Shown here piece by piece: positions 1 through 8,316 of a DNA stretch of 33,084 bases. Within the stretch, counting starts at the first letter, position 1, and each line of letters begins with the position of its first letter. Below the pieces are notes generated by a model. It was not told the DNA's origin. It was given only the letters and a program-made list of their open reading frames with translations, and searched no databases. Source of the DNA: Thermoplasmatota archaeon (GTDB taxonomy: Archaea; Thermoplasmatota; E2; DHVEG-1; B18-G2); assembly GCA_029259115.1 (NCBI GenBank), contig JAPDJO010000092.1, positions 1 through 33,084 of the forward strand. Reading direction: 5' to 3'. The position numbers were made by a program, and so were the translations under genes.

Positions 1-163
1 TCCATATGAGGCGACTGCTGTTGCAATGAAGGCAATAGAGCAGGGAGTTGCAAGGAGAAAGCTGAGCAGACAAGAAATATATGAAATGGCTGAAGAAACA
101 ATAAAGTCAGCAAGAGAACAAACACAGATCTTGATGAAAGAAGGTCTCGTAAAGATGCCATGA
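1..163 (+). CDS. 3' end of probable NAD(P)-dependent malic enzyme (partial)
   Basis: Frame from nt 2 reads PYEATAVAMKAIEQGVARRKLSRQEIYEMAEETIKSAREQTQILMKEGLVKMP*. The AVA-x-KA-x-EQGVAR tail resembles archaeal malic enzymes. Stop overlaps the next ATG (ATGA). Confidence 0.6.
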   Translation, partial: PYEATAVAMKAIEQGVARRKLSRQEIYEMAEETIKSAREQTQILMKEGLVKMP

Positions 164-453
164 TTGAAGATGCGTTGGAGGAAAGAGGAAGAGGATGCGT
201 TATTCACGTTAGAGTAAAAATAGGGAATAAGCGTCACTTTCCGGCTGGCTATGATGGGTGGAGAAAAAGGATATATCTGGAAATAGATGAAGAGCCAATA
301 AAAGGAAAAGCTAACAGAGCGATTGTGGAACTTCTGTCAGAGTATTTCGGTGTTAAAGAGGAGGATGTGGAGATAATCTATGGTGGGAAGAGCAGAGAGA
401 AAGGGATACTGATAAAAAGGAGCAAAACATACATTTTATCCAAGTTGAAATGA
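160..453 (+). CDS. DUF167/UPF0235 (YggU-like) protein
   Basis: 97 aa with EEPIKGKAN and GGKSREK motifs typical of DUF167. Confidence 0.85.
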   Translation: MIEDALEERGRGCVIHVRVKIGNKRHFPAGYDGWRKRIYLEIDEEPIKGKANRAIVELLSEYFGVKEEDVEIIYGGKSREKGILIKRSKTYILSKLK

Positions 454-857
454 ATTTCGAGGAATCCCTCGAAATGATAGAGAAAGCAATAGGAGATTTG
501 AGAGAGATAAACAGAGATGTGCCTGTGGTCGTTGAAGGAGAAAAAGATGAAACTGCTCTCAGAAAACTTGGTCTGGAAGGCACGATCATTGTAATCCAAC
601 GCGGAAAAAGGATTTCTGCACTCTGCGATTTTATCGCAGAGAATTATAAAGAGATCATCATACTAACGGATTGGGATAGAAAAGGGTGGCAACTTTACAG
701 GAAGATGGAAAAGAATCTGAAGGGTAGGACGAGATGTATAAATGATTATAGGTTGATACTTGCCAAATATTCTACGGTTAAAGACGTAGAAAGTATACCG
801 AGTTTTATTATGAGTATAAAAGAAAGGCTGGGCAGAAAGCTTGATCTTTCACCATAG
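450..857 (+). CDS. Small stand-alone TOPRIM-domain protein (RNase M5/primase-like)
   Basis: VVVEGEKD and ILTDWDRKG (E and DxD TOPRIM motifs); ATGA overlap with the upstream gene. Confidence 0.85.
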   Translation: MNFEESLEMIEKAIGDLREINRDVPVVVEGEKDETALRKLGLEGTIIVIQRGKRISALCDFIAENYKEIIILTDWDRKGWQLYRKMEKNLKGRTRCINDYRLILAKYSTVKDVESIPSFIMSIKERLGRKLDLSP

Positions 858-1508
858 CTTTGTTTGCTGATGAGATAGTCTCTTGACAGTTTTCCAAGAT
901 CTCCTAATATGTGGTGGCAAACTACCAAACCTTCTCTTCCACTCCTTAATAAACTTTATAGTAATTGGATCTGATGGATACCCACTACCTAGAGGAAGGT
1001 CCAGTTTCTCTCTCAACTCCTTTTCAATTTCTCTTACGAGTCTATCCCTCGTAGTTTTTGCAATTATTGATGCAGATGCAACTACCAAAAATTTTTCCTC
1101 AGCCTTGTGAGAGGATATTATTTTTGCATCAAAATCTATGCGTTTCTCCAGCTCTTTAGCAAATCTGTCTTCATTAACATCTGCAGAATCCACATAATAT
1201 ACATCAGATTTGAGGGATTTCATCACTTTACAGAAAGCCTCTACCTCTATCTCGTTTAACGTCATCCTGCTTCTAAGATTATCTATCTCTTCCGGGTGCA
1301 ATACCACAAGATTTATAGCTTTCGCTCTGCTCTTTATCATCTCTGCTAACCTTTCTCTTCTCTCTGGGGTGCATTTTTTCGAATCTTTTACCCCGATACC
1401 TTCCAGAACTTTCTCATCATCTACTTGAACACCAGCAACTACCAAAGGACCTATGACCGGTCCTCTTCCTGCTTCATCTATGCCACATATCATCCTGTTT
1501 CTATACAA
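849..1508 (-). CDS. rnhB: Ribonuclease HII
   Basis: GIDEAGRGPVIGP, DSKK, ASASIIAK and GSGYPSDP motifs; C-terminal QQTKLW resembles a PIP box. TTG start follows GAGGTG; alternative ATG at 1493. Confidence 0.97.
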   Translation of the reverse strand: MYRNRMICGIDEAGRGPVIGPLVVAGVQVDDEKVLEGIGVKDSKKCTPERRERLAEMIKSRAKAINLVVLHPEEIDNLRSRMTLNEIEVEAFCKVMKSLKSDVYYVDSADVNEDRFAKELEKRIDFDAKIISSHKAEEKFLVVASASIIAKTTRDRLVREIEKELREKLDLPLGSGYPSDPITIKFIKEWKRRFGSLPPHIRRSWKTVKRLSHQQTKLW

Positions 1509-1538
1509 GTTTACACCTCAAATTATCAAGATGGGTCT

Positions 1539-2033
1539 TCAAATATCTACATGACATTTCAATCCTTCTATTTCCAAAAGTTTCCTCTTCACTTCTTTCC
1601 CTAGAGGATAAAATCCCATTAGCGAGCCACTTTTAGTGAGTAGACGATGACAAGGTATCAAAACTTGGAAAGGATTTCTCATCAATGTTATCAGAAGATC
1701 GGTGTATTTAACTCTAGCTATCTTTGCAATTTGGGAGTAAGTTGTTGTACTCCCTTTAGGGATATCCATGATCTTCTCGTAAACCTTCCTGTTCTTGTAC
1801 TCAAAATCAGGCAAAGTAAACCTCTTTCCCTCAATGACAACTTTTTTAATTTTCCTCTCAAGCCACTTTTCAAGTCTCGAACTCATTTTCATCTCTCCTT
1901 TCAAACCATGAAAATCTACGATTTTTTCCATGTGTCTTCTAGCTTTGTCTTCTGTGTAGTGCCAGGAGTAGGCTAGTATTTCTTCATCCGAGACCAGGAA
2001 CACTACCTTTATCTCGAAACCAAACAGGTTCAT
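1539..2033 (-). CDS. ogt: Methylated-DNA--protein-cysteine methyltransferase-like protein (atypical)
   Basis: IPKGSTTTY, NP..IPCHR and KRKLLEIEG motifs. Start uncertain (2033, 2054 or 2081). Confidence 0.8.
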   Translation of the reverse strand: MNLFGFEIKVVFLVSDEEILAYSWHYTEDKARRHMEKIVDFHGLKGEMKMSSRLEKWLERKIKKVVIEGKRFTLPDFEYKNRKVYEKIMDIPKGSTTTYSQIAKIARVKYTDLLITLMRNPFQVLIPCHRLLTKSGSLMGFYPLGKEVKRKLLEIEGLKCHVDI

Positions 2034-2105
2034 GTTCTCACTCAGGGAAGTCATTAGATAAATGATAGAACCTTTTATCAATCTATCAATCCCTAACAGA
2101 TTGCA

Positions 2106-2525
2106 ATGAAGATAGATATAGTGTGTGTAGGGAAAGTTAGAGAGAAATTTTTCAGGGATGCAGTCGAAGAATATCTAACTAGATTAAGAAGATTTGTTCA
2201 AATAGATGTATCAGAAACGGATGATGCGAGCAAAATCGAGGGGTTGCTTGAAGGAAAAGATTTTGTCATAATTCTGGATGAAAAGGGGAAGGAAATGGAT
2301 TCTTTCCAATTTGCAGAACTAATGAGAAATCTTTCTCTATCAAAGAAGAATGTTTGCTTTGTTTTAGGAGGTTGGAAAGGTCTGGATGATGAGATTAAAA
2401 AGAAAGCAAACCTAGTGTGGTCTTTATCAAAACTTACCTTTCCCTATCAGCTGGCCAGGCTATTGCTGCTGGAACAGATCTATAGAGCATTTACCATTAT
2501 CAAAGGGATAGACTATCATAAGTGA
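2106..2525 (+). CDS. rlmH: 23S rRNA (pseudouridine1915-N3)-methyltransferase RlmH (SPOUT)
   Basis: MKIDIVCVGK, LDEKGK, FVLGG..GL, SLSKLTFP, LLEQIYRAFTI..G..YHK. Confidence 0.93.
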   Translation: MKIDIVCVGKVREKFFRDAVEEYLTRLRRFVQIDVSETDDASKIEGLLEGKDFVIILDEKGKEMDSFQFAELMRNLSLSKKNVCFVLGGWKGLDDEIKKKANLVWSLSKLTFPYQLARLLLLEQIYRAFTIIKGIDYHK

Positions 2526-2593
2526 TTTAAATATGCTGATAAATTTCCTACCGGGGGATGATTAAATGAGAAAAAATACCGTTCCTAGCTATA

Positions 2594-3037
2594 GTGTTGA
2601 TAATGAGTGTAGCTTTACCCATAACACATGGAAAAATTTCTCAAAAAATCTCATTTAACAATCCACCAAATCCACCAGAGATTAGTGGTCCAACAGAATG
2701 CGAGATATGGAGGTCCTACACATACACCATAACAATAACGGATCCTGATGACAATCCTATGACCAAACTGAAAGTGGGCTTTGGAGACGGTACCGAAGTT
2801 TTACTTTTGGCAAGCAGTTGTTGTCCATGGCCATCGGGCACGGAACTATCAGTTTCTCATAGATGGAAAAGGTTGGGTGATTTCACTGTAAGAGCTAAAG
2901 TTATGGATGTTGTAGGAGAGTGGAGTGACTGGGGATATCTAAATATACACGTAGCAAAAGTAAAACAGCCCATCCTTAAATTCAAAACAGAGAGGCTCTT
3001 GTCTCCTCTGTTCAGCCATCTATTTTCATTTTTCTAA
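2594..3037 (+). CDS. Secreted single PKD/Ig-like domain protein; the true start (ATG 2566) appears frameshifted
   Basis: NPPNPPEISGP...TDPDD...FGDGT...SHRW...G.FTVRAKVMD..G.WSDW module, hydrophobic N-terminus and amphipathic C-tail. Confidence 0.75.
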   Translation: MLIMSVALPITHGKISQKISFNNPPNPPEISGPTECEIWRSYTYTITITDPDDNPMTKLKVGFGDGTEVLLLASSCCPWPSGTELSVSHRWKRLGDFTVRAKVMDVVGEWSDWGYLNIHVAKVKQPILKFKTERLLSPLFSHLFSFF

Positions 3038-3060
3038 TCTTTTGGAAATCTGCTTTAAAC

Positions 3061-3078
3061 CAAAACTAATTTATACAC
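3061..3078 (+). promoter_or_regulatory. Putative BRE/TATA box of tRNA-Thr
   Basis: CAAAACTAATTTATACA about 28-35 nt upstream of the tRNA 5' end. Confidence 0.5.
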
Positions 3079-3104
3079 TTCAAATCGTAGTTATTTATAA
3101 GCTT

Positions 3105-3177
3105 GCCGGCGTAGCTCAGCTGGTAGAGCGGGTGACTCGTAATCACCAGGTCGAGGGTTCAAATCCCTCCGCCGGCT
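3105..3177 (+). tRNA. tRNA-Thr (anticodon CGT)
   Basis: Acceptor stem GCCGGCG/CGCCGGC, anticodon arm GGTGA-CT-CGT-AA-TCACC, T-arm GAGGG-TTCAAAT-CCCTC; no intron, CCA not encoded. Confidence 0.97.
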
Positions 3178-3179
3178 TA

Positions 3180-3845
3180 ATGAAATTAGAACTAGAGAAC
3201 CTGCTTGGGTTTGCGGAAAATGTGGGAAAGGAGATTTATGCCTTTGCCATGAATTATTTTTATTTCCTCGTAATAGTTGTAATTCTAATATTAGCAATAT
3301 ACACAGCCAAAAAAATTAGAAGAATCTTGCTGGTGAAGGTTCTTGAAAGAGCATGTATCAAAAAGAAAGGAACCGTCAGTTCGAAAAAAGAGATCTACAT
3401 GACCTATAACTATGGGAAGGTTCCCATAAAGGTATGTTTCTATAAGAGAGGGAGACATCAGCCTACAAGAACAGAGATAACTTGTGAACTGAAATTGAAA
3501 AAGAATGTTCTATTTATGATCAAAAGGAGAGGATTTAGAACCACGATAGATTATAGAAAACTTGAACCGATTCACTGGAAGGGGATTGATGAACTTTATG
3601 AGGTTAGAGGAAATGATGAATATTTTATGGTGAAACTACTCGATGATAACCTAAAGGGTAAGATCTTCATGCTAAGAGATAAGATAATGCAGATTAGTTT
3701 AACAGGCAGTGTGTATGATAAGCATGAATTGAAGATCATAGTTAGAGGCATAATAAAAAGAGAGGAGGAATTTAAGAGGATTTTTGATTTGGTTGAATTT
3801 TTGATAAATAGAGTTAGGGAGCCCAGCTTAATTCCTATAGGTTAG
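3180..3845 (+). CDS. Hypothetical single-pass membrane protein
   Basis: ATG 2 nt after the tRNA; one TM segment (YFYFLVIVVILILAIYTA) followed by a basic soluble domain. The ORF-track extension to 3042 runs through the tRNA and is rejected. Confidence 0.75.
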   Translation: MKLELENLLGFAENVGKEIYAFAMNYFYFLVIVVILILAIYTAKKIRRILLVKVLERACIKKKGTVSSKKEIYMTYNYGKVPIKVCFYKRGRHQPTRTEITCELKLKKNVLFMIKRRGFRTTIDYRKLEPIHWKGIDELYEVRGNDEYFMVKLLDDNLKGKIFMLRDKIMQISLTGSVYDKHELKIIVRGIIKREEEFKRIFDLVEFLINRVREPSLIPIG

Positions 3846-4222
3846 GAGTATTTTGTTACACTTATTCGGTATGCAACTCCTATGATTACTGTCTTTCCAG
3901 TTGCTTTTACAGGGAATATCAGACCTATGAAATATCCTCTAGATGTCGATCCTCTAATTTCTCCTCTATACCTACATATTCCGGCTCTTCCTATACAAAA
4001 ACATGTGCCCGGATTGAAATGAAAGCTTATCTTGTCGTAGGTCATGGGTAGTCCTCTCTTGTTTGCATGAGCGTAATCAACGCTTACGCTACCTTTTCCT
4101 CTTGCTATAACAATACAGTTCATACTTTCGAAGTGTTGATCCTTTGCTTGAATATTGCTAGCTATCTGCAAAAATGGTGTTGATAGCATGAGTAGAGAGA
4201 GTAATATGGCCACATGCCTCAT
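3842..4222 (-). CDS. Small secreted beta-rich hypothetical protein
   Basis: Signal peptide MRHVAILLSLLMLSTPFLQIA; Gly/aromatic-rich mature part. Confidence 0.7.
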   Translation of the reverse strand: MRHVAILLSLLMLSTPFLQIASNIQAKDQHFESMNCIVIARGKGSVSVDYAHANKRGLPMTYDKISFHFNPGTCFCIGRAGICRYRGEIRGSTSRGYFIGLIFPVKATGKTVIIGVAYRISVTKYS

Positions 4223-4268
4223 ACAAATCCCCAACTATAAATAGTCAAAAGACTTTTATTCCTTTCCT

Positions 4269-5444
4269 ATGAAAATTAACGAAATGAACAGCATCGTGGA
4301 TAAAATTGTAAATTTGATAAGAAGAGGTTACAGTAGGGGTAAAATTGTATCAGAAATGATTGAGGATGTTGGAATTTTTAGCAAGGAGAAGTTATTCGAG
4401 ATAGCGAAGTGCAGAATAAAAGCTAAAGAAAAGTTTGGTGATCTTTCAAATAAACTTTTCTTTGATGAAGAAGGATTGAGATACTCGACGCCGCCAGTTA
4501 TAGCCAAATATAGAGCCGAAAGGTTGCAGGCAAAGGTTATCGCTGATGTTAGTTGTGGCGTTGGTATCCAAGCTCTCTACTTTGCTATGATGAGCGAGAA
4601 GGTAATAGCTGTAGAAAAGGATCTGGTTAGACTGGAATTGGCTAAACTAAATGCCGAGAGCCTAGGTATAGAGAATATAGAGTTTATACACGGAGATGCT
4701 CTATCGAAAGGTGTTATAAACAGAGTAAAAGCAGATGTTATCTTCTCTGATCCAGCCAGAAAACCAGAAGAACCAGTGAGAACATTAGAGACTCTCGAAC
4801 CTTCCCCAGTGAAGATATACCAAATTTATAGAAAGATTACAGATGAGATAGCTTTTGAGTTACCTCCGCAGATTTCAAGAGAAAATATCATTATTGATGG
4901 AGAGAAAGAATACACCTCTCTAGATTTTAGATTGAATAGATTAGCTCTATACACTGGTCCTTTGAAATCTTGCGATGTATCTGCAATATCTCTTCCCAGT
5001 AAAGAAAGGATAAGCAATGATATCGAAAAGATCAGTTTGGAAACGAGAGAAACCCCTCTTAGATACATATACGAGGTCGATCCAACTATAGCAAAAGCTG
5101 ATCTTCTGGAGAATTTAGCCGGAAAGATCAACTTTAAAGGATTTATTCTTAATAAGGATAAAAGGAGGACATTGCTTACATCTAGAGAGAAATACATTTC
5201 TAGCTTTCTTAGATGCTACAACCTTCTGGATTTTTGTAAATTCGATTTGGCAGAGATAAAATCGAACCTAAAATATCTCGATGCAGGCAAAGTTACTCTT
5301 AGGGTAGAGATAGATCCTAAGAAATACTGGAATGTTAGGAAGGAAATAGAAAGAGATCTGTCTGGAGATAGGAAGGTCATGCTTTTCAAAGTGGGAGATT
5401 ATGCAATCATTGTTGAGAAAACAGATTTATATAATTCAACTTAA
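4269..5444 (+). CDS. Class I SAM-dependent RNA methyltransferase-like protein with probable C-terminal THUMP-like domain
   Basis: ADVSCGVG (motif I), AVEKD, HGDAL and FSDPAR motifs; upstream RYSTPPVIAKYRAERL resembles Tgs1-like methyltransferases. Confidence 0.75.
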   Translation: MKINEMNSIVDKIVNLIRRGYSRGKIVSEMIEDVGIFSKEKLFEIAKCRIKAKEKFGDLSNKLFFDEEGLRYSTPPVIAKYRAERLQAKVIADVSCGVGIQALYFAMMSEKVIAVEKDLVRLELAKLNAESLGIENIEFIHGDALSKGVINRVKADVIFSDPARKPEEPVRTLETLEPSPVKIYQIYRKITDEIAFELPPQISRENIIIDGEKEYTSLDFRLNRLALYTGPLKSCDVSAISLPSKERISNDIEKISLETRETPLRYIYEVDPTIAKADLLENLAGKINFKGFILNKDKRRTLLTSREKYISSFLRCYNLLDFCKFDLAEIKSNLKYLDAGKVTLRVEIDPKKYWNVRKEIERDLSGDRKVMLFKVGDYAIIVEKTDLYNST

Positions 5445-5454
5445 TATTTAATCC

Positions 5455-7362
5455 GTGAAAGGATTGCTAACTCTCTTGGCGTTACTCTTGCTTTTACCGT
5501 TACCTGTTCAACAGATCGATACCGAAAATGTTATTACAGCTCATTGCAAAATAGATATCTCAAGTGAAGTTTTTCTGTCCCCTGTAGGAAGAGACAGAAT
5601 AATACTTGCGCCTGGCGTGCACAAGGAGCATATCTGTGTAAATAGATCTGTTGAGATCATCGGAAATAACTCAATAATAGATGGTTCATTTAACTCCACA
5701 GTTCTAGAAATAAACTCGAATAATGTAGTTATTAGGAATTTGACTATAACAAATGCAGGCGGAAAGAAAAACGATGCCTTGGTAAAAATAAACTCAGATA
5801 ATGTCATCCTTGACAATTGTACTATCTTTAACGCTAGAAATGGAGTGATAATAAATGGAAGAAATGTGAAAATAAAAAATTGTCTTTTCTACAGACTGGG
5901 TATAGGTGTAAGGATAAATAGTTCTGGTAGTATAGTATCTGGTTCTTTTTTCAGGAATTGTGGCATCTCCATTTATGTATCGAATAGCGAAGCAAATAGA
6001 ATATACAACTGCTCTTTCCTGTTCAATGGGATATCAGTGCTTTTAGAGAAATCAAGATTCAATATCCTTGAAAATCTAACAATACGTTGTAGCAACGAGA
6101 ATCAAGGAGGGATTTTATTAGATAGGTCCATCGATAACAAAATCCTGAATACTTCTTTGATATCAAACGGCTTTGCCCTTAGGCTGTATAGGTCTCATAG
6201 AAATCTCATCGAAAATGTGTACTTCAAACTAAACAAACAGGCTCTAGATCTGATCTTGTCTAATTTTAACAAGATAGAAAAATGCAATTTTACCAAGAAC
6301 AATCTAGCTGTGCTTATAGATAAAGCTTTCTTTAATTCTCTACACTACTCAAATTTCATAGGGCAGAAAAGTAATAACATTTTAGGGAGAAAAAGCGGGA
6401 TATTGGATGCAAGATTCAACTTTTGGAAAGAAAAGAAGGTAAAGAGTTTGGTGATTTTGAGCTATATTACCTTCTTCCCTTGGTTAAAACATCCTGTACA
6501 TCTTCCAAGATTTAAGGATAATTTGACATCTCCAGAGATTCCAAATCTTATAATTAACTTCACTTTTTCCAACGATACAGATGGGGATGGATGTAAAGAT
6601 GATTGGGAAGTAAGATGGGGCTATGATCCCCAGAGACGGGATGATCACTACGATCTAGATCCCGATGGAGATGGTTTATCGAATGTAGAAGAGTGCATAG
6701 CTGAAAAATGGGGAGCAAATCCTTTCAGGAAAGATATCTTCATAGAGATGGATTGGATGAAAGATGACTATAAATTGAAGGAGAGATACAAAAAGAAGTT
6801 ATTGGAGGTCTTCGATAATCACAATATAACGTTACACATAGATGATGGTTGTATGGGTGGAGGGGAGAAAGTAGAAATGAAGAAGATTCTCTCCTATCCA
6901 GATCTCATAGACATCTACTGGGATCATTTTCTAAACAATAACCCAAACAACCAGAGGAAAGGGATATTTAGATATGTCTTGCTCTGTCATGATATGCCCG
7001 GAAAGATAGCTGGCGGCTTCTGCTTTGTCGGTTGGAATACTATAGATAGCTATACGGTAGCGGTTGGATATAACAGGAGACAGCTTCCCAGATTCTGGGC
7101 AGACTTTGTGACAGCTACAGTTATCATGCATGAACTGGGACATACCATGGGTTTATTTTATCGTAAGTTTGAAGGTATAGACAACTATAGTTGTCAGAAT
7201 CTTTTGCCAGGAACTTGGAAGTTTAGAAACTATAAGAGTTGTATGAATTATTTCTACACTTGGTTCTTGCTTGATTATTCAAATGGAAAAAATGGCAGGA
7301 AGGATTTTGATGACTGGAGCAACTTAGATCTTTCTTACTTTAAAGATGAGGATTTTTGCTAA
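5455..7362 (+). CDS. Secreted NosD-like parallel beta-helix + DxDGDG Ca-binding repeats + zinc metallopeptidase
   Basis: Signal peptide; Asn/Ile-rich repeats (NCTIFNARNGV, NCSFLFNGISV); DTDGDG and DPDGDG; HELGH zinc motif; SCMNY Met-turn. Confidence 0.8.
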   Translation: MKGLLTLLALLLLLPLPVQQIDTENVITAHCKIDISSEVFLSPVGRDRIILAPGVHKEHICVNRSVEIIGNNSIIDGSFNSTVLEINSNNVVIRNLTITNAGGKKNDALVKINSDNVILDNCTIFNARNGVIINGRNVKIKNCLFYRLGIGVRINSSGSIVSGSFFRNCGISIYVSNSEANRIYNCSFLFNGISVLLEKSRFNILENLTIRCSNENQGGILLDRSIDNKILNTSLISNGFALRLYRSHRNLIENVYFKLNKQALDLILSNFNKIEKCNFTKNNLAVLIDKAFFNSLHYSNFIGQKSNNILGRKSGILDARFNFWKEKKVKSLVILSYITFFPWLKHPVHLPRFKDNLTSPEIPNLIINFTFSNDTDGDGCKDDWEVRWGYDPQRRDDHYDLDPDGDGLSNVEECIAEKWGANPFRKDIFIEMDWMKDDYKLKERYKKKLLEVFDNHNITLHIDDGCMGGGEKVEMKKILSYPDLIDIYWDHFLNNNPNNQRKGIFRYVLLCHDMPGKIAGGFCFVGWNTIDSYTVAVGYNRRQLPRFWADFVTATVIMHELGHTMGLFYRKFEGIDNYSCQNLLPGTWKFRNYKSCMNYFYTWFLLDYSNGKNGRKDFDDWSNLDLSYFKDEDFC

Positions 7363-8243
7363 GATGCATATTTGCAGTTTTTGATGATTAGATGATTACC
7401 ACTTACCTCTATGGGTCTGTATGCTCCATGATGGAAACAGGCATCTGTTTCGACTATTAACGGAGGGACTGTATAACAATCTACAGGGGTAGAATAACCT
7501 CTGCCATAAATGTCTCTTACTTTAGATCTATGAGTATGACCGCATATTATAGCCTCTACATTATATTTCTTGCACAGGCTAATCAGTTTATTTTTGTTCT
7601 TTGTCAGAGAGCTAATTGGATGATGCATGGCTATTATCTTTATCTTGTCTGGGAAATTCTTCAGGTTTGTCTCTATCCAGTGGATATCGCTATTTGATAA
7701 TCCGCTAGCCTTCAGCTTGCCTCCCTTTATCACGTCTTTACCGGAGTTTAGACACAAGATAACTATGTTTCTGTATATTATCAGATATCTGTCAAACGAG
7801 GATATATATCTGTGATAATTTGAGAGAGAGCTTTGGGGTCTATAATCATGGTTACCGGGTATCGTGTATATTCTTCTGCCACCATCAAAGTATAAATTGT
7901 TCTTCTTACCTCTTACGCATTTCAGGAATTCTCGATAATTTTTCGCTCCAAAATATCCTGATCCACCAAATTCTACTAGATCTCCTGTTAATACAACAAA
8001 TGCTGGTTTATCAGGTAAGCTTTCAAGCTTTTTTATAACTTTTTTCAGATATTTCTCAGCATTTGGAGGATAGCCAAAGATACTCACGTGAGTATCTGTG
8101 AGATGGACAAAGTAAAAGTTGCTGTACCCTAGTGAATTTCTATTATTGTAGCTTTTAGATCGAAGATCCACAATGTAACCAGTTGATGCAGGTATCAGAA
8201 ATACGACTGTAAAGAGGATTGCTAAAACCTTCAATCCTCTCAT
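7359..8243 (-). CDS. Secreted calcineurin-like metallophosphoesterase
   Basis: DTH, TGDLV, GNHD, MHHP and GHTH motifs; signal peptide MRGLKVLAILFTVVFLIPASTG. Confidence 0.88.
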   Translation of the reverse strand: MRGLKVLAILFTVVFLIPASTGYIVDLRSKSYNNRNSLGYSNFYFVHLTDTHVSIFGYPPNAEKYLKKVIKKLESLPDKPAFVVLTGDLVEFGGSGYFGAKNYREFLKCVRGKKNNLYFDGGRRIYTIPGNHDYRPQSSLSNYHRYISSFDRYLIIYRNIVILCLNSGKDVIKGGKLKASGLSNSDIHWIETNLKNFPDKIKIIAMHHPISSLTKNKNKLISLCKKYNVEAIICGHTHRSKVRDIYGRGYSTPVDCYTVPPLIVETDACFHHGAYRPIEVSGNHLIIKNCKYAS

Positions 8244-8316
8244 ATATGTCGCATAAGATTTAAGATATTTAACGCTTGCCAAAACTATTTTATATCATCT
8301 CTCTATCCAACAAGAG

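Noticed and set aside
3042-3179. N-terminal extension of the 267-aa ORF, and antisense ORF 3091-3297
   Set aside because: Both are translations of the tRNA-Thr gene or its complement; the real CDS most likely starts at 3180.
3150-4235. Possible attL/attR island at tRNA-Thr (CAAATCCC recurs at about 4224)
   Set aside because: Only an 8-bp match, in the upstream region of the 130-aa gene, and no integrase is present.
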